IMG/VR virus record: IMGVR_UViG_3300020203_000008
Span: 32,001 to 96,000 of that record
From: a virus
Length of the DNA: 64,000 nt
Reading direction: 5' to 3' (one strand)
Shown: positions 45,301-55,635 of the stretch, in pieces
Numbering within the stretch: the first letter of the stretch is position 1
How the letters are laid out: each line of letters begins with the position of its first letter
Made by a program: the position numbers and the translations under genes
Notes under the pieces: generated by a model
The model's database searches: none
What the model was told of the DNA's origin: nothing
What the model saw: only the letters and a program-made list of their open reading frames with translations

Positions 45301-47751
45301 TTCTTCAATCGAAGTAGTGGATTTGCTAACACAGTCGGTGCTGGTCTTGCTTTCGCTGGTGTTAATGTCCTCTTGGATTCTCGCACTAAGTACCAATCTG
45401 AAGCCTTGGACTGGGCGAACCGGATTCGAAGTGCCGATGAAGATGCTGTTGACAAGATTATTGCCAAGTACAATAAGCAACAAGCCCCGACAAATACTCT
45501 CAAGGACAGTATCAGCGGCAAACTCAATGGACTCCTCCCTGTCGGTGGAGCGCTTCAGGGTCTTGCTGCATTCCTTACTAACGAGGAGTTCCGGGGTGAA
45601 GTAACAACCTTCTTTAGTGGGGGAAAGACCAAGGACGACGTTGTTGAAGATTCTCTCCAGCAAAGACGTGCAGCCAACAATACCGTTCCTCTCTTAGAAG
45701 CATTCAAGAGTGAGTATAAGAAGAGGAATACTGCAAGAATTGTTAAGTTCAAGGAGGTTGTTGATTTTCTACAGAGCGGTCAGTTCGGTGAGGGTAAGAT
45801 TCTTGAGATCTTCAAGGAGCCGGAAGCGGCAGCTAAGCTCACCGGCAAGCAAGCAGCGAAGCAGATTCAAGCTGTTATAGACTTCTTGGGTGACGGTTCA
45901 GATGATGCTGCCAATCAGATCGTTGAAAATTATATCCAGATTCTACAGAGCAACCCGGCTACTCCTAAGAGGCTCTTGAAGAATGTTGTTGCCGCGCTTC
46001 GTGATTCCCAGAAAAAAGCTTCAGATCAAGCTGGACCGACTGGCGCTGATCGCGAGACTCTTGATACATCCAAGGCTCTTTTTGAGGCTGGAGATAAGCC
46101 TCTTAATGAATACATCAAGTCCCTTGATTCTTTTATCTCGGCGCTTAAGACTATAAAAGATCCTAGTGATGATCAAAAGAAGGACCTTGCCCAGAAGCAG
46201 AAGGAGGCTAGGGACGCCCTAACGACTGCGGCGAAGGAACAGAACGATCTCATCAAGTTTGTGGATGAACTTCGTGCTGGCGAAGCTCGTCCAATTGACC
46301 AGCTAAATGCAGCGAGAGGACTACTAAATAATCCCAATCTTACGGCAGAGGGTCAGGTTGAAGCGGCTAAGGGAGTTCTCTCTGCCCAGCAGGATGTGTT
46401 CCTCCAAGCTGTTACTTCTTCGGGCAAAGGCATCGGTAGCGTTATTGCTGATCTACAGGCCGGATTTAAGCCTGACGCCAAGGCACTTGCAGTCATTCGG
46501 AAGCGAGTAGCTGACCTTAATGCTCGTGGTATCAACGTCAGTGTTGATGATATTGTTGCTGGTCAGGCCAAGGGTGCCCGTGAGGAAGTAAACAAGCTTC
46601 TTGATCTTCAGGGTCGTCAGTCTGCCGTGGCGATTGGACCTAATGCTGTCAACCAGGCAGCCCTGTCTCTGCGTACCGCTCAGGCGAAGCTTAAGAATGC
46701 TGCTCCAGGTACAAGTACAATTGAAGCACAGACGGTTGTCCTTGAAGCCCAGAAGGGCTTGAATGATGCTATTAGGACTCAGGCTCGGGCCGTTGAAGAT
46801 GGTTACCAGGCACTCTCTCGGGCCTCGCTTGGGAATCAGAATCCTATTGCCCAGGCCAGGTTCGATATCGCTGGCGCTGATATCGCCACCCGTCGCGCCT
46901 ACGAGGACCAGGATCCAGGTGCCCTAATCCAGGCGCTGGCTACTCGTCGCCAGGCTGGGGTTGCCCTCTTGAAGGCGCAACAGGACATTGACGACGCTTA
47001 TAGGGAACTTCTCAAGAGTCAGACGAACGATCCAATTAAGCAGGCTTACTCAGATATTGTTGCAGCCAGTGTTGCTTTCGACAGAGCTAATGCTCAGAAC
47101 GACCAGGCCGCTGCCTTCCGGGCCTTGGCCCAAAGGAATGAAGCCATCAAGGCAGGGCTTGCTAGCATTAGTGACCTGTACTCTTCCATTAATGAGTTTG
47201 CTACATCCCTCGCCAACTTTAAGGGCGATGCGGTGTCGGCTGCCGAGATCAGTGTCACTGAGGCTACTAGGAAGCTCCAGGAAGCCGTCAGTCAGGATGC
47301 TGGTCAGGCTTCTATTAATCGGGCTCGGGCGGCCCTACAGGATGCTCAGGGGGGTCTCCGGGATTCCAAGCTGAACAAGCAGTTGGACGATATCGACTTT
47401 GCTTTGGAGCTATCCAAGATCTCTGTTAATCAGGCCATTCAGCAGTTAACTGCTCTCCTCCAGATTCCTAATCTAACAGAGGAGCAGACTCGTGGAATTC
47501 TGCGTAAGATCAACTCCCTGAAGCAGGGACTGAGCCAGGATCTCCAGTTTAATCTGCCAACTGAATTGAAGTTGCCTACCCTCTACGAGTCTCGCCGCTT
47601 GAACCAGAGCAATGGGGCTTACCAGGATAATCGAGTTATATCTATTCAGTTGTCTCCGAATACTCCGACAGATCTTAATGCGGCAGTACAGCAGATTGTG
47701 GATGCCGTGAATCAGCCTCCTGTACTCGGATCAAGACCTAGGATTTATTGA
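42310..47751 (+). CDS. tape measure protein
   Basis: 1813 aa, A/Q/K-rich helical, TP901-like core and hydrophobic G-rich segment; follows chaperones. Confidence 0.92.
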   Translation: MADNNFEFGFTFDWSQPERSTEQFIQKVRRELQRLNQLSVSGGSPLKGVEALDSSTKKLLESGRRASSSATGSSPAGKLNEQEKARASGLSAETKAQGQAVEAVNERRRAIDAQTRQAALFTKQDAANLQQLKRVRTQNALTSEGAVTAGDNKAAGELVAAKRRRATAEQQAAENAVNPGDIRANAELASSKRRRALRENLAAERTYTPAEIQATGDLVAAKRRRVTKEQQAAEGAITPQDRQASANLAAIKQRRVAQERAITTRQTASDQELLRANAESVVNSRLRSAREKSFVNEAALGKGPNAGTAATAAKLDAENAVNSKRIRAQQQALEEKAIASGPGGRTGFVNEQAGARSSQALLNAQIRAEATRRQAASSEYTSAVASTAISQRRLKAKVDEQVAKAVVGDSATLQREANAAVAKKTAANIKSAKVAEKILANQSGELDEIVRAKVANKRLTAAIQARVNAELKAAQNTNTAPGSAQGGGTLFQRLQSRFAQRGSGQGGQDLRAPEEFQRLGQFVGSKALTTGAFAFSGAALFGVVNTIQAAVEEANKFQVVMVSVEQQLISTDQAGQLPQFRKAIIDISNETGVAASEVGSVAFQLRGAFGDTAKSVAEASAAIKLSVVSGLSVGDITDSLTATALSYKTSINSIGDSALGIQERTGVLAKETIRFVADIAPVAKQVGLSLKEITAIGAVAQQQSGRGGAALAEAFGRILPEVQKSGSAILELYNSTPALAGRVGQIGNALSQGNTGTVLKALIDDYGKLDRTTQNYVVTLLGGRREAASLIPVLRNASKVNQLIAQSSTDAGKTQEYFARVQRTLSTEVQRITREFQNFIGTLLRAGLSDILRDVLIVGGLLLRVIGGLARTFQSLNEVLGGFPVKILAGAAAMALLLKSARALGGLNLVQSLGGFFGIGSRAGGLGGVRGIAGRVGNFFGASSNAAQSQRAAAQSASAARGTQFSSLLGLNQGGLQQAPLGGRLGGINQFVRGQSNFFNRSSGFANTVGAGLAFAGVNVLLDSRTKYQSEALDWANRIRSADEDAVDKIIAKYNKQQAPTNTLKDSISGKLNGLLPVGGALQGLAAFLTNEEFRGEVTTFFSGGKTKDDVVEDSLQQRRAANNTVPLLEAFKSEYKKRNTARIVKFKEVVDFLQSGQFGEGKILEIFKEPEAAAKLTGKQAAKQIQAVIDFLGDGSDDAANQIVENYIQILQSNPATPKRLLKNVVAALRDSQKKASDQAGPTGADRETLDTSKALFEAGDKPLNEYIKSLDSFISALKTIKDPSDDQKKDLAQKQKEARDALTTAAKEQNDLIKFVDELRAGEARPIDQLNAARGLLNNPNLTAEGQVEAAKGVLSAQQDVFLQAVTSSGKGIGSVIADLQAGFKPDAKALAVIRKRVADLNARGINVSVDDIVAGQAKGAREEVNKLLDLQGRQSAVAIGPNAVNQAALSLRTAQAKLKNAAPGTSTIEAQTVVLEAQKGLNDAIRTQARAVEDGYQALSRASLGNQNPIAQARFDIAGADIATRRAYEDQDPGALIQALATRRQAGVALLKAQQDIDDAYRELLKSQTNDPIKQAYSDIVAASVAFDRANAQNDQAAAFRALAQRNEAIKAGLASISDLYSSINEFATSLANFKGDAVSAAEISVTEATRKLQEAVSQDAGQASINRARAALQDAQGGLRDSKLNKQLDDIDFALELSKISVNQAIQQLTALLQIPNLTEEQTRGILRKINSLKQGLSQDLQFNLPTELKLPTLYESRRLNQSNGAYQDNRVISIQLSPNTPTDLNAAVQQIVDAVNQPPVLGSRPRIY

Positions 47752-47752
47752 C

Positions 47753-48154
47753 ATGGCTGCTGTAGTAAGGTGGAAGTTCGATGATCTCACGACGTTGGCT
47801 ACTTATACGTTCGAGATAAACCCTGCTTCGGGTGGATCTCCCTCTTTCGAAAAGAACCTCGTTTATGAGAATACTCTTGCTCCTAATGGTCATGCTCTGA
47901 TTTATGAAGGCCAAGATCCGGTACGTGAACTGACCTGGGAGGGAGTTATTCTCACTCAGACTCATTATCAGACCTATGTTGATTGGTGGGACAAGCGACA
48001 TCAGATCAAATTGACAGACGATCTGGGTAGACAGTACGTCATTTATATTAAGAGTTTTCAGCCCAAGAGAGAGAGAGCTGTGCATTATCCTTGGAAGCAC
48101 AGCTATACTGTCACTGCTGTTATTCTTGATTGGCTCAGTGAGCCTACGATATGA
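47753..48154 (+). CDS. distal tail-like minor tail protein
   Basis: YTFEINP, LTDDLGRQYVIYI; directly after tape measure. Confidence 0.6.
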   Translation: MAAVVRWKFDDLTTLATYTFEINPASGGSPSFEKNLVYENTLAPNGHALIYEGQDPVRELTWEGVILTQTHYQTYVDWWDKRHQIKLTDDLGRQYVIYIKSFQPKRERAVHYPWKHSYTVTAVILDWLSEPTI

Positions 48155-48160
48155 GGATCA

Positions 48161-50773
48161 ATGCGTTTAGTACCGACTGATTTTTGGAGGCTTTGGTCAC
48201 AAGGTGGGCCTTTCATCGGTGATGCTGGGGCTCCTCATGCCCGTGTCACCGTGGAACCTAGCTATAGGCTTCGGGAATCGGCTACTACTGCTGTTGGTAG
48301 TTTTGCTAGGGGTCCTATCCGTTGGTTTCAACGTCAAGATAATAGTCAAACTGAGTTTGAGGTTCCTAATATTCAGAGTATCCAAACTGAACGCAGTTTG
48401 GATGCTGATGCTGCATCATGTAACATTACATTGAAGAACCAGTGGATGAGAATTAATACCGACGCCATCTCTCCTGATGACGGAGAGTTGGGACAACCCG
48501 GTTATTTTACCTTCTCGCGTGGTGAATCTCCCGATGCTCAAGCTCGATGGGGTCATGAGACCATTGGAGACACTACCTTATGGTATGAGACTGCATATCC
48601 TGATAGTTCATGGACTATAGGTCATGTTATTGGGAGTTCTGCGGTTAACTCTCCACCGAATTGGCCGGATGCCATTACCTCTATCATCTGGGATTCAAGA
48701 GGTACGGCTATTGCTGCCCCGCCAGGACAACTGTTTTGGCGATACCATTTTACATTGGCTTCGCCTAAGACTGTGCGGTTTTATGCCGCAGTTGATGATT
48801 ACATGAAGCTGTATGTTGATGGAGAATTGAAAGTCAGTGAAATTGAAGGTCATAATGTAGTGACGGGTGGAGGCGGTTTGAGTATATCAACAGTTGTTGA
48901 TATGTCTTTGGCTGCTGGAAGTCATTGTATTGCTATCCAGGGAGTTAACCATAATCAATATCCTGATTATGGTAATCCAGGTGCCCTTCTATTCGTTATG
49001 TATGAACGCATAGGGACTACCTTGGGTCCACGTATGTTCGGTACTGATGATGTAGCGAATTGGAAACTTCTACCTTATCAGGCAACCGAACCTCCTCCTG
49101 TTATCTCTGGTTGGAATGAGATCCTCGTTCCAAATGCTTTGATTCGCACATATCAAGGCTATGGTGGAAAAGATAAATCAATAGCCCAAGCATTAACTGA
49201 TGGAAATATCATTCTTACAGGTGTTTGGCTGGTAGATTCTGTTAGGATCAATGCATCGGATAACTCGATAACCCTTGCTTGCAGGGATATGGCAAAGCTG
49301 CTTATCGAGCAACAGGTTTATCCACCGTTAGTGCCGCTAATCTATTATCCTCTTCGTTATGCGCGCTATATTCTTGGGGCCGAATTCACACCCGACAATG
49401 CTCCGCAGTTCTATGATCTTAAAGTAAAGCTGAAGAGCAGCAATTATATACAGGCTAGTTCTGATGCTATAGCGGGACCTAATGGTCCGATTCATGGGCA
49501 TGTTCCTTATGATTCTGATACGTCAAGGTTTGGGTCTCCCGGTTATGAGGGTGGTCGGGGTATAGATCCTAATAAGTATTGGCTTTCAGAGGGTTATTCC
49601 AGTGCCAATCCTGCTACTGGTCCGTGGTTTGAGGTGCTGTGCAGGGAGGATATAGATGCTGTTTATGTCCGTCCTTGGGCTGGAAATTATCAATGTTTTG
49701 TATCGGTATTTGAAGTTGATGCTACTAGCTTCACAGATATTGGTGCCGGAATGGTTGACGGGATACCCTATGTGGCGCAGTTTGGGACTCCTTGGGAGAC
49801 CCAAGCCTGGTATCGTTTAGGTCGAGTATATCGGCCTAATGTTATTAGATTTACTTTTAAGAATCTAGTACCAAGTCCCTGGGATGCACCAAATAATTAC
49901 CGTGTAGGTATCCGTGGATTTGCCGTTGCCCTTTCTGATGATGCTATTGCAAATTCCAAGCGTGATGGAAACTACAAAGACTATTCTGATATCGTTAAGG
50001 ACTTGTTGTTGTGGGGAGGATTTTGGTTCTATAATCCAGTTCTTGCTAACAATGAAAGACCTCCCGTATATGGAAGTATCGAATCTACGGGAGCTTGGGC
50101 TGATGATGTTATTCCAGAGGATAACTTTGATAAACGTCCATTGATTGATGGCATCAATTTTTTCAAGGAAATTGTCGGTTATGTCTTTAATGTAGATGAG
50201 ACGGGTGCTGCCAATTTTCGTTCACCAAACTGGTGGTCTTTGGGTAATTTCTTTGAGGATGGAACTCGTACCAATTTTATGCCGGAGATTGACGAACGGC
50301 TTCAGTTGACGAATTATACGATTGAAGTATCGGACAAAGCGGCACGTTCCGAGATAATCATTGGTACTGCCGATCCAACGGCAGGTTTTCAGGATACGAT
50401 TACCTCGCGCTATGTACCCCCTAATCAGGATCTCCTCAAGGGCATGGTCCGTCCAGCCATGTGGAACAATGGGGTATTCACCAACAAGGCTGAGCAGGAA
50501 ATTATGGCTCGACTGATTGCCCTGCATTCCTGGTTTGCTCAGCGCCAAGGATCTGTTACTTGTGTGGCTAATCCAGCCATACAAATTGATGATCAGGTGA
50601 GGATATATGAGCGTCAGACTGGCGAGACTTACGTACATTATGTGCGGGGTATAAGCACCCAGTTCGACGTTGAACAGGGTAACTACACGATGACGCTTAC
50701 GACGAACTGGTTGGGTGAACGAGATAACTGGGCTATTCAGCTAAGCGATTCAGCAACGACTTTTGGAGATTAA
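48161..50773 (+). CDS. tail tip/baseplate hub protein with inserted PA14-like carbohydrate-binding domain
   Basis: 870 aa; FYAAVDDYMKLYVDG...LAAGSHCIAI is PA14-like; C-terminal NPAIQIDDQVRI hub motif. Confidence 0.7.
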   Translation: MRLVPTDFWRLWSQGGPFIGDAGAPHARVTVEPSYRLRESATTAVGSFARGPIRWFQRQDNSQTEFEVPNIQSIQTERSLDADAASCNITLKNQWMRINTDAISPDDGELGQPGYFTFSRGESPDAQARWGHETIGDTTLWYETAYPDSSWTIGHVIGSSAVNSPPNWPDAITSIIWDSRGTAIAAPPGQLFWRYHFTLASPKTVRFYAAVDDYMKLYVDGELKVSEIEGHNVVTGGGGLSISTVVDMSLAAGSHCIAIQGVNHNQYPDYGNPGALLFVMYERIGTTLGPRMFGTDDVANWKLLPYQATEPPPVISGWNEILVPNALIRTYQGYGGKDKSIAQALTDGNIILTGVWLVDSVRINASDNSITLACRDMAKLLIEQQVYPPLVPLIYYPLRYARYILGAEFTPDNAPQFYDLKVKLKSSNYIQASSDAIAGPNGPIHGHVPYDSDTSRFGSPGYEGGRGIDPNKYWLSEGYSSANPATGPWFEVLCREDIDAVYVRPWAGNYQCFVSVFEVDATSFTDIGAGMVDGIPYVAQFGTPWETQAWYRLGRVYRPNVIRFTFKNLVPSPWDAPNNYRVGIRGFAVALSDDAIANSKRDGNYKDYSDIVKDLLLWGGFWFYNPVLANNERPPVYGSIESTGAWADDVIPEDNFDKRPLIDGINFFKEIVGYVFNVDETGAANFRSPNWWSLGNFFEDGTRTNFMPEIDERLQLTNYTIEVSDKAARSEIIIGTADPTAGFQDTITSRYVPPNQDLLKGMVRPAMWNNGVFTNKAEQEIMARLIALHSWFAQRQGSVTCVANPAIQIDDQVRIYERQTGETYVHYVRGISTQFDVEQGNYTMTLTTNWLGERDNWAIQLSDSATTFGD

Positions 50774-50774
50774 T

Positions 50775-50918
50775 ATGGCACACGAACAGAGACCAGTATT
50801 TATTGTTGACGATATCCTACGTGGTTATCTTATGCGTTGTGAGTCAAAGTCTGTTACCGTAGCGCGTTTGGATGGGATCTTGAACCGCGTTGCGAAGGGA
50901 ACAGTGGTAGCAGGCTAA
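50775..50918 (+). CDS. 47-aa hypothetical protein (below ORF-track cutoff)
   Basis: MAHEQRPVFIVDDILRGY...VAG*; GGAG RBS; exactly fills the gap, with TAATG overlap. Confidence 0.65.
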   Translation: MAHEQRPVFIVDDILRGYLMRCESKSVTVARLDGILNRVAKGTVVAG

Positions 50919-51355
50919 TGGTAGATGTCAATGTTCCCAGACTTGGGAGAATGCTGAAAGGTCAGCAAGAGGACAGGCGAGGCGAGATAGGGCGAGGCGC
51001 TGCTTTTCATGCTGGTAGGCATGAGCTTGAGGGCTTCATAGAGACGACCGGAGCAGGTGAAGTTCTGGTAGATGTTCATTTCCCAGTTCGATTCATGGAG
51101 AAGCCGAACATGACATTTGGGGGCGAACTCACTCCAAATCAGGGAGCTGTTCTTGGCAATTTCCCCACCGTGAGTGTAGTAGTTGTGACGTGGGATCGTG
51201 AGGACCAGGTTGGTGGCTTTTACTACAATGGATGTTCATTGGGTATTGTAACCAGTGGGCCAACGGATATGAGAATGTTCGTTCACTGGAAGGCTTCAGG
51301 GAAAGCTTTCGTTAATCCGGTAAAACATGGCGGAACTTTGGGCGAGGCTATCTAA
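50918..51355 (+). CDS. minor tail protein
   Basis: VHFPVRFMEKP...VHWKASG resembles H-type lectin/tail-fibre modules. Confidence 0.55.
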   Translation: MVDVNVPRLGRMLKGQQEDRRGEIGRGAAFHAGRHELEGFIETTGAGEVLVDVHFPVRFMEKPNMTFGGELTPNQGAVLGNFPTVSVVVVTWDREDQVGGFYYNGCSLGIVTSGPTDMRMFVHWKASGKAFVNPVKHGGTLGEAI

Positions 51356-51426
51356 TTCTTGATTAGATGGTTGTAAGGGTCGATCTAAAATCAGGGCTCT
51401 AGTAAAGGGAATTAGGGGAATAAGTA

Positions 51427-52818
51427 ATGGCAGGCAACACATCACATTATCGTCTACAGAAACTAGCCCAGAGCGATTCATTCGACCTGAACGGTTATAA
51501 GTTCACTAATGCTGACCGGGATCAAATTGATAGGCTTCTCTATCAAGGAGCCGAAGGCCATCGACACACCGGTACTTCTACCAGTACGGCTACTCCGTCC
51601 ACTGGGCCGTCAGCTACCGTATCAACTACTGGGGGCACGCTCAGTTCTGGGCTAACTATCTACTACAAATATGCCCTTGTAGATATTTATGGAAATGAGA
51701 CTGCTGCCTCTCCTGAAACAGTTGTCTCAACTATTGCTTCTCTGTTGCAACCTTCTTCTCCGACGATGACTACTCAGACCACTGGTGGTACGCATCTACC
51801 GGGCAACTATTTTTACGTTCTGAGTGCCTTCACTGGAGCAAACACCAGTGAAACTAAAGCCCTCTCCCCGGCATATATTACAGTGCCCGTTGGAACGAGT
51901 ACGAACAAGGTTGTTCTAACTCTTCCAACTTTGCCATCCGGAGCTTCGGGATTCAATATATACAGGAAGGGACCAGGAGATCTCTCTTACTTTTTCCTGG
52001 CGTCCCTGAATATAGGCGCTACTCCAGCTACAACCTATACTGATAACAATTCGGTCACAGAAGATTGCAACAGATCGTTGCCGACAAGCAACACAACTAA
52101 TAATACCAACAAGGTTAGGATATCCTATCCTGGTACAACACCTACTATTCCGGCTGGCTATACCTGGAAAATATATCGAAGCTTTTCTAATGGTATCTGG
52201 GATAACACAACTCTCCATTGGGTTGTAGAAGAGACGAGTGTAGGATCCGGCATTATCGTCACTTATTACGATGATGTTGGAAACTCGACATCGGGCGGTA
52301 GACCGCAGGATGCGACCATTTCGGTCGGGCAGCCAACTAAGATTCTACTAACCAATTCTACTGAAGTTCAGGGTTCCCTGCCGATGGGGAATGTAGCTGG
52401 CTTCCCGTTCGAAGTTACGTTTGCGTTTAGTGGTACTCTATCGGTCCAAACGGGTAAGTCGATTTGGATTTGTGAGTTTCCTAACTTTCAGGTTTTGACA
52501 GCTCGTGCTGTTCTGGGTTTGGGATCTACTCCTGCTTCTGCATCTGTGATTGTCGATGTTAATAAGATCAGTTTCGGGGCTACTCCGACCGCAGTAACCA
52601 TGTTCGCTAATCAGGCATCTCGTCCGAGGGTTTTGGTGGGAGCGACTCGTGGTGCTACTGCTGCTCCTGATAGTCGATTTCTTCTAGTCGCTGGAGACGG
52701 AATCACCTGCGACGTGGACCAAGTAGGCGGCGGAGCTACACCTACTGATAATAACCTGACTATCCATATTTATGGATTCGCATATGGATTCCCAACGACT
52801 AGTTGGGTTAACTCCTAA
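51427..52818 (+). CDS. Thr-rich minor tail/fibre protein
   Basis: Repeated GGTL..G.Y.Y...A....ET and NIYR...TYTD modules typical of tail proteins. Confidence 0.7.
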   Translation: MAGNTSHYRLQKLAQSDSFDLNGYKFTNADRDQIDRLLYQGAEGHRHTGTSTSTATPSTGPSATVSTTGGTLSSGLTIYYKYALVDIYGNETAASPETVVSTIASLLQPSSPTMTTQTTGGTHLPGNYFYVLSAFTGANTSETKALSPAYITVPVGTSTNKVVLTLPTLPSGASGFNIYRKGPGDLSYFFLASLNIGATPATTYTDNNSVTEDCNRSLPTSNTTNNTNKVRISYPGTTPTIPAGYTWKIYRSFSNGIWDNTTLHWVVEETSVGSGIIVTYYDDVGNSTSGGRPQDATISVGQPTKILLTNSTEVQGSLPMGNVAGFPFEVTFAFSGTLSVQTGKSIWICEFPNFQVLTARAVLGLGSTPASASVIVDVNKISFGATPTAVTMFANQASRPRVLVGATRGATAAPDSRFLLVAGDGITCDVDQVGGGATPTDNNLTIHIYGFAYGFPTTSWVNS

Positions 52819-52829
52819 CGTAGGGGATT

Positions 52830-53855
52830 ATGGAAGTTAGAATTGTTCGTCCTAAAGTTCCTCAGGTACGCGTGCGGCAGGGTCCTTTCTCTACAAGTCC
52901 CCGTTCAGCGGTGACTTTGTTGAGTGAAGCGGTTCAATCTCCTGAGTTAGCTCATGTTTGGAAGATAGATCGACTGGTTGTTAGCCTCCTAGATCCTGAC
53001 AATGCTCTTGAGGTTAGCTCCCAAGAAATCAAGAGTGATAGTCGTGGTTCATTTTTCTTGTCTGCTTTCACGACTAGCATGCGTATCTATAGGATGCCTG
53101 AGAGAGGCCCGACCTTACTCAATGATCCATTGCCGGATCCAGTAGGTAATCTGACTGGATACTTCACGATAGATAAAGCAAATAATCTTCTCTATGCTAC
53201 GGCTGGCACACAAGCTTTGACATCTGCTTCCATTTGGGAGTGCGATCTATCTACGGACACCTGGAGATTGATTAGTGGAAGTATCTCTACGAGTGGATAT
53301 GTGGAGGGATCCGATCCTAGATATTCTCAGCTTGGAGGGATTGTCAAAGCTGGTAATTTTTTGTATGTGGCAGATCAAGCTGGCAGGGTGATCCGTCGCG
53401 TCTCTTTAGCCGGACAGTCAACCATACACTATGGAGATATCCTCACGCCTCGTGGGTTTACTTATTTAGGTTATGCTTATGATAATGTGTTTGCATCTAA
53501 TGATGTAAACCTCATTAGAATTAATACAGATCTATCTGAAACTACTATTCCAATCTATGATACTGAGGATCCCATCCTCCTAAACTATAAGTACCAACTC
53601 ATCTGGACGAATCCGGCTCCCGATTCAGCCGATTTTGGGTGGCCCTATAATGATTATGCTCCTACCGTGAATGGTTTTGGCGTAGCTCAAGATCAGCTTC
53701 TTGTGACGGTACGTATGAGCTTCCCTAGTTATCCTAATTCTGTAGGAACCCTGGTACTTCAAAAATCTTTTGGCGCACCTGCTCGTGGTATGGATACAGC
53801 CAGTGATGGTACTCTTTATCTGGTCATGTCTCAGATTCCTGTCGATATCGCCTAA
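52830..53855 (+). CDS. beta-propeller/NHL-like virion protein
   Basis: LYVADQAGRVIRRV and DGTLYL repeats. Confidence 0.6.
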   Translation: MEVRIVRPKVPQVRVRQGPFSTSPRSAVTLLSEAVQSPELAHVWKIDRLVVSLLDPDNALEVSSQEIKSDSRGSFFLSAFTTSMRIYRMPERGPTLLNDPLPDPVGNLTGYFTIDKANNLLYATAGTQALTSASIWECDLSTDTWRLISGSISTSGYVEGSDPRYSQLGGIVKAGNFLYVADQAGRVIRRVSLAGQSTIHYGDILTPRGFTYLGYAYDNVFASNDVNLIRINTDLSETTIPIYDTEDPILLNYKYQLIWTNPAPDSADFGWPYNDYAPTVNGFGVAQDQLLVTVRMSFPSYPNSVGTLVLQKSFGAPARGMDTASDGTLYLVMSQIPVDIA

Positions 53856-53872
53856 CTTTATAAGGAATCATT

Positions 53873-54205
53873 ATGGATCGATACTTTGATGCAAGTAATC
53901 AACCACTACCTGGGCCTACTAGGCTGGTTACTATCTCTGAGGCTAATGAAGTGCAATATTTCGTAGGACAGGGTTCTATCCCGGCGTATGACGGCATTGA
54001 TCCAGTCCTGTTTTTTCCTATCCCCATAAACACTCCATATCCTCCTAATAATTTGGTACTCCCCATAGATCAGCCACCCACGCACACTAATGGGTCTAGC
54101 TTGGCAAGATTTCAGACTGATGTAACTGTAGGGTTGCAAGCTAGAGGTATTGTTTCCGTTCAGCGACAGCAAATTAGAGTTCACAAAGTAGAAAGCGGAG
54201 TCTAG
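53873..54205 (+). CDS. hypothetical protein
   Basis: TAAGGA RBS, 110 aa. Confidence 0.6.
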   Translation: MDRYFDASNQPLPGPTRLVTISEANEVQYFVGQGSIPAYDGIDPVLFFPIPINTPYPPNNLVLPIDQPPTHTNGSSLARFQTDVTVGLQARGIVSVQRQQIRVHKVESGV

Positions 54206-54207
54206 AG

Positions 54208-54732
54208 ATGGCTGACTGGGATCCATTTATCGCATCAAACGCTCCGACCATCTGTCCTACGAGTGCTGAGTCAACTGGTGCTCAGGCCATATGTGATGGC
54301 AACATTCTTAGTAGTATTTGGGCAGTTGCCAACACGGCTGTCTACATTCCGTTTGTTGTCTACCAGTCATTTATGGTTGTGAAGTTGAGTGTCTGGAATG
54401 GAACAGTTGTTGCCGGTAACTTTGACTTGGGTGTGTATGATGATCAGAAGAACAGGCTGGTTTCTTCTGGTTCTACGGCTCAGGCTGGTACATCTGTTAT
54501 TCAGACAGTAGATGTCACCGATGTATTGCTATTGCCTGGTCAGTATTATATGGCGTGTGTTGCTAATGGGATTAGCGGTCGATACTTTAAGTACACATCT
54601 GTTGCTTCTGTCCAGGGGTCATGGGGAGTTCTGAGTCAGACCTCTGCGTTCCCGCTGCCTACTACGGCTAATTGGGTACGTAACACGATGGAGGCTCCAA
54701 TAATGATGGTTCACCAAAGGACGACAAACTAA
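54208..54732 (+). CDS. putative virion beta-sandwich protein (paralog A)
   Basis: Shares NGT.VAGN.D.G.Y, RLVS.GSTAQ.G and LL.PG.YYMA with the next gene. Confidence 0.7.
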   Translation: MADWDPFIASNAPTICPTSAESTGAQAICDGNILSSIWAVANTAVYIPFVVYQSFMVVKLSVWNGTVVAGNFDLGVYDDQKNRLVSSGSTAQAGTSVIQTVDVTDVLLLPGQYYMACVANGISGRYFKYTSVASVQGSWGVLSQTSAFPLPTTANWVRNTMEAPIMMVHQRTTN

Positions 54733-55259
54733 TGAGTGACTGGCCAACTATCTTTTCTCACAACAGCACGATCAATTCTTCTTCACAGGAAGTGCCGATA
54801 GCCTTTGTGTTCGGTAGCGCTTCTAGTGCCTGGCCATCGGCTAACCGAGGTATCTTTGTGCCGTTTAATCTTCGCGCTCCTTTTCTTGTGCAGAGATTAT
54901 TCTGGCTCAATGGAACCTCGGTCGCAGGTAATGTTGATTGTGGTATTTATATGACTACGAATCCGGGTAATTGCACAAGGCTGGTGAGCACAGGAAGTAC
55001 GGCTCAGTCGGGAGGGACAGCCATCCAGGCTGTCAATATTACTCCTCTTTTGCTACAGCCAGGTGGCTATTACATGGCTCTATCAGTTTCTACTACTTCG
55101 GCAACCATTAGGACAAGAGGATCTAACGTGGTGGCTTGCCAGGCTGCTGGGATCGTACAAGCACCGTCCATGGTGCCACTGACCACGAATCCAACGCTGG
55201 AAGCTCCGGTCTCCAATTATCTGCCATTGTTTGGCCTAACCTCAGCATTAGTGATTTAA
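54732..55259 (+). CDS. putative virion beta-sandwich protein (paralog B)
   Basis: Tandem paralog of 54208..54732. Confidence 0.7.
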   Translation: MSDWPTIFSHNSTINSSSQEVPIAFVFGSASSAWPSANRGIFVPFNLRAPFLVQRLFWLNGTSVAGNVDCGIYMTTNPGNCTRLVSTGSTAQSGGTAIQAVNITPLLLQPGGYYMALSVSTTSATIRTRGSNVVACQAAGIVQAPSMVPLTTNPTLEAPVSNYLPLFGLTSALVI

Positions 55260-55278
55260 GGATTAGAAGGATTAGAAT

Positions 55279-55635
55279 ATGGCTGTAACTGCATCTGCTT
55301 CAGGAACTCAGACCGCAGAAGTGACGACAGAACATCAGTTGGCAGATACTTATGTCGCTGGAACTTATACGTTCCATGTTGATACGGTTAACCTGGCGGC
55401 GGGAGATGTTGTTGAGCTGAGAATTTACCAAATGATCTTGAACGGTGGAACCGCTAGGGTCATCTACTCAACCAGATATGCAGGCGCTCAGCCTACCGAC
55501 GATCTCATTAAGGTTAGCGTACCTGTTAGTAGCGAGCTAGGTTCTGCCTCGCCAAGCGTAGCGCTGCGATTCAGCTTGAAGCAGACTTTCGGGACTTCCA
55601 GGAACTTTCCTTGGAAGGTACTTAAGTACGCCTGA
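55279..55635 (+). CDS. putative virion structural protein
   Basis: 118 aa, T/A-rich, in tail operon. Confidence 0.6.
   Translation: MAVTASASGTQTAEVTTEHQLADTYVAGTYTFHVDTVNLAAGDVVELRIYQMILNGGTARVIYSTRYAGAQPTDDLIKVSVPVSSELGSASPSVALRFSLKQTFGTSRNFPWKVLKYA

Noticed and set aside
53840-53875. Frameshift or readthrough joining 52830..53855 with 53873..54205
   Set aside because: The downstream frame has a TAA at 53861 and its own TAAGGA RBS; no slippery site seen
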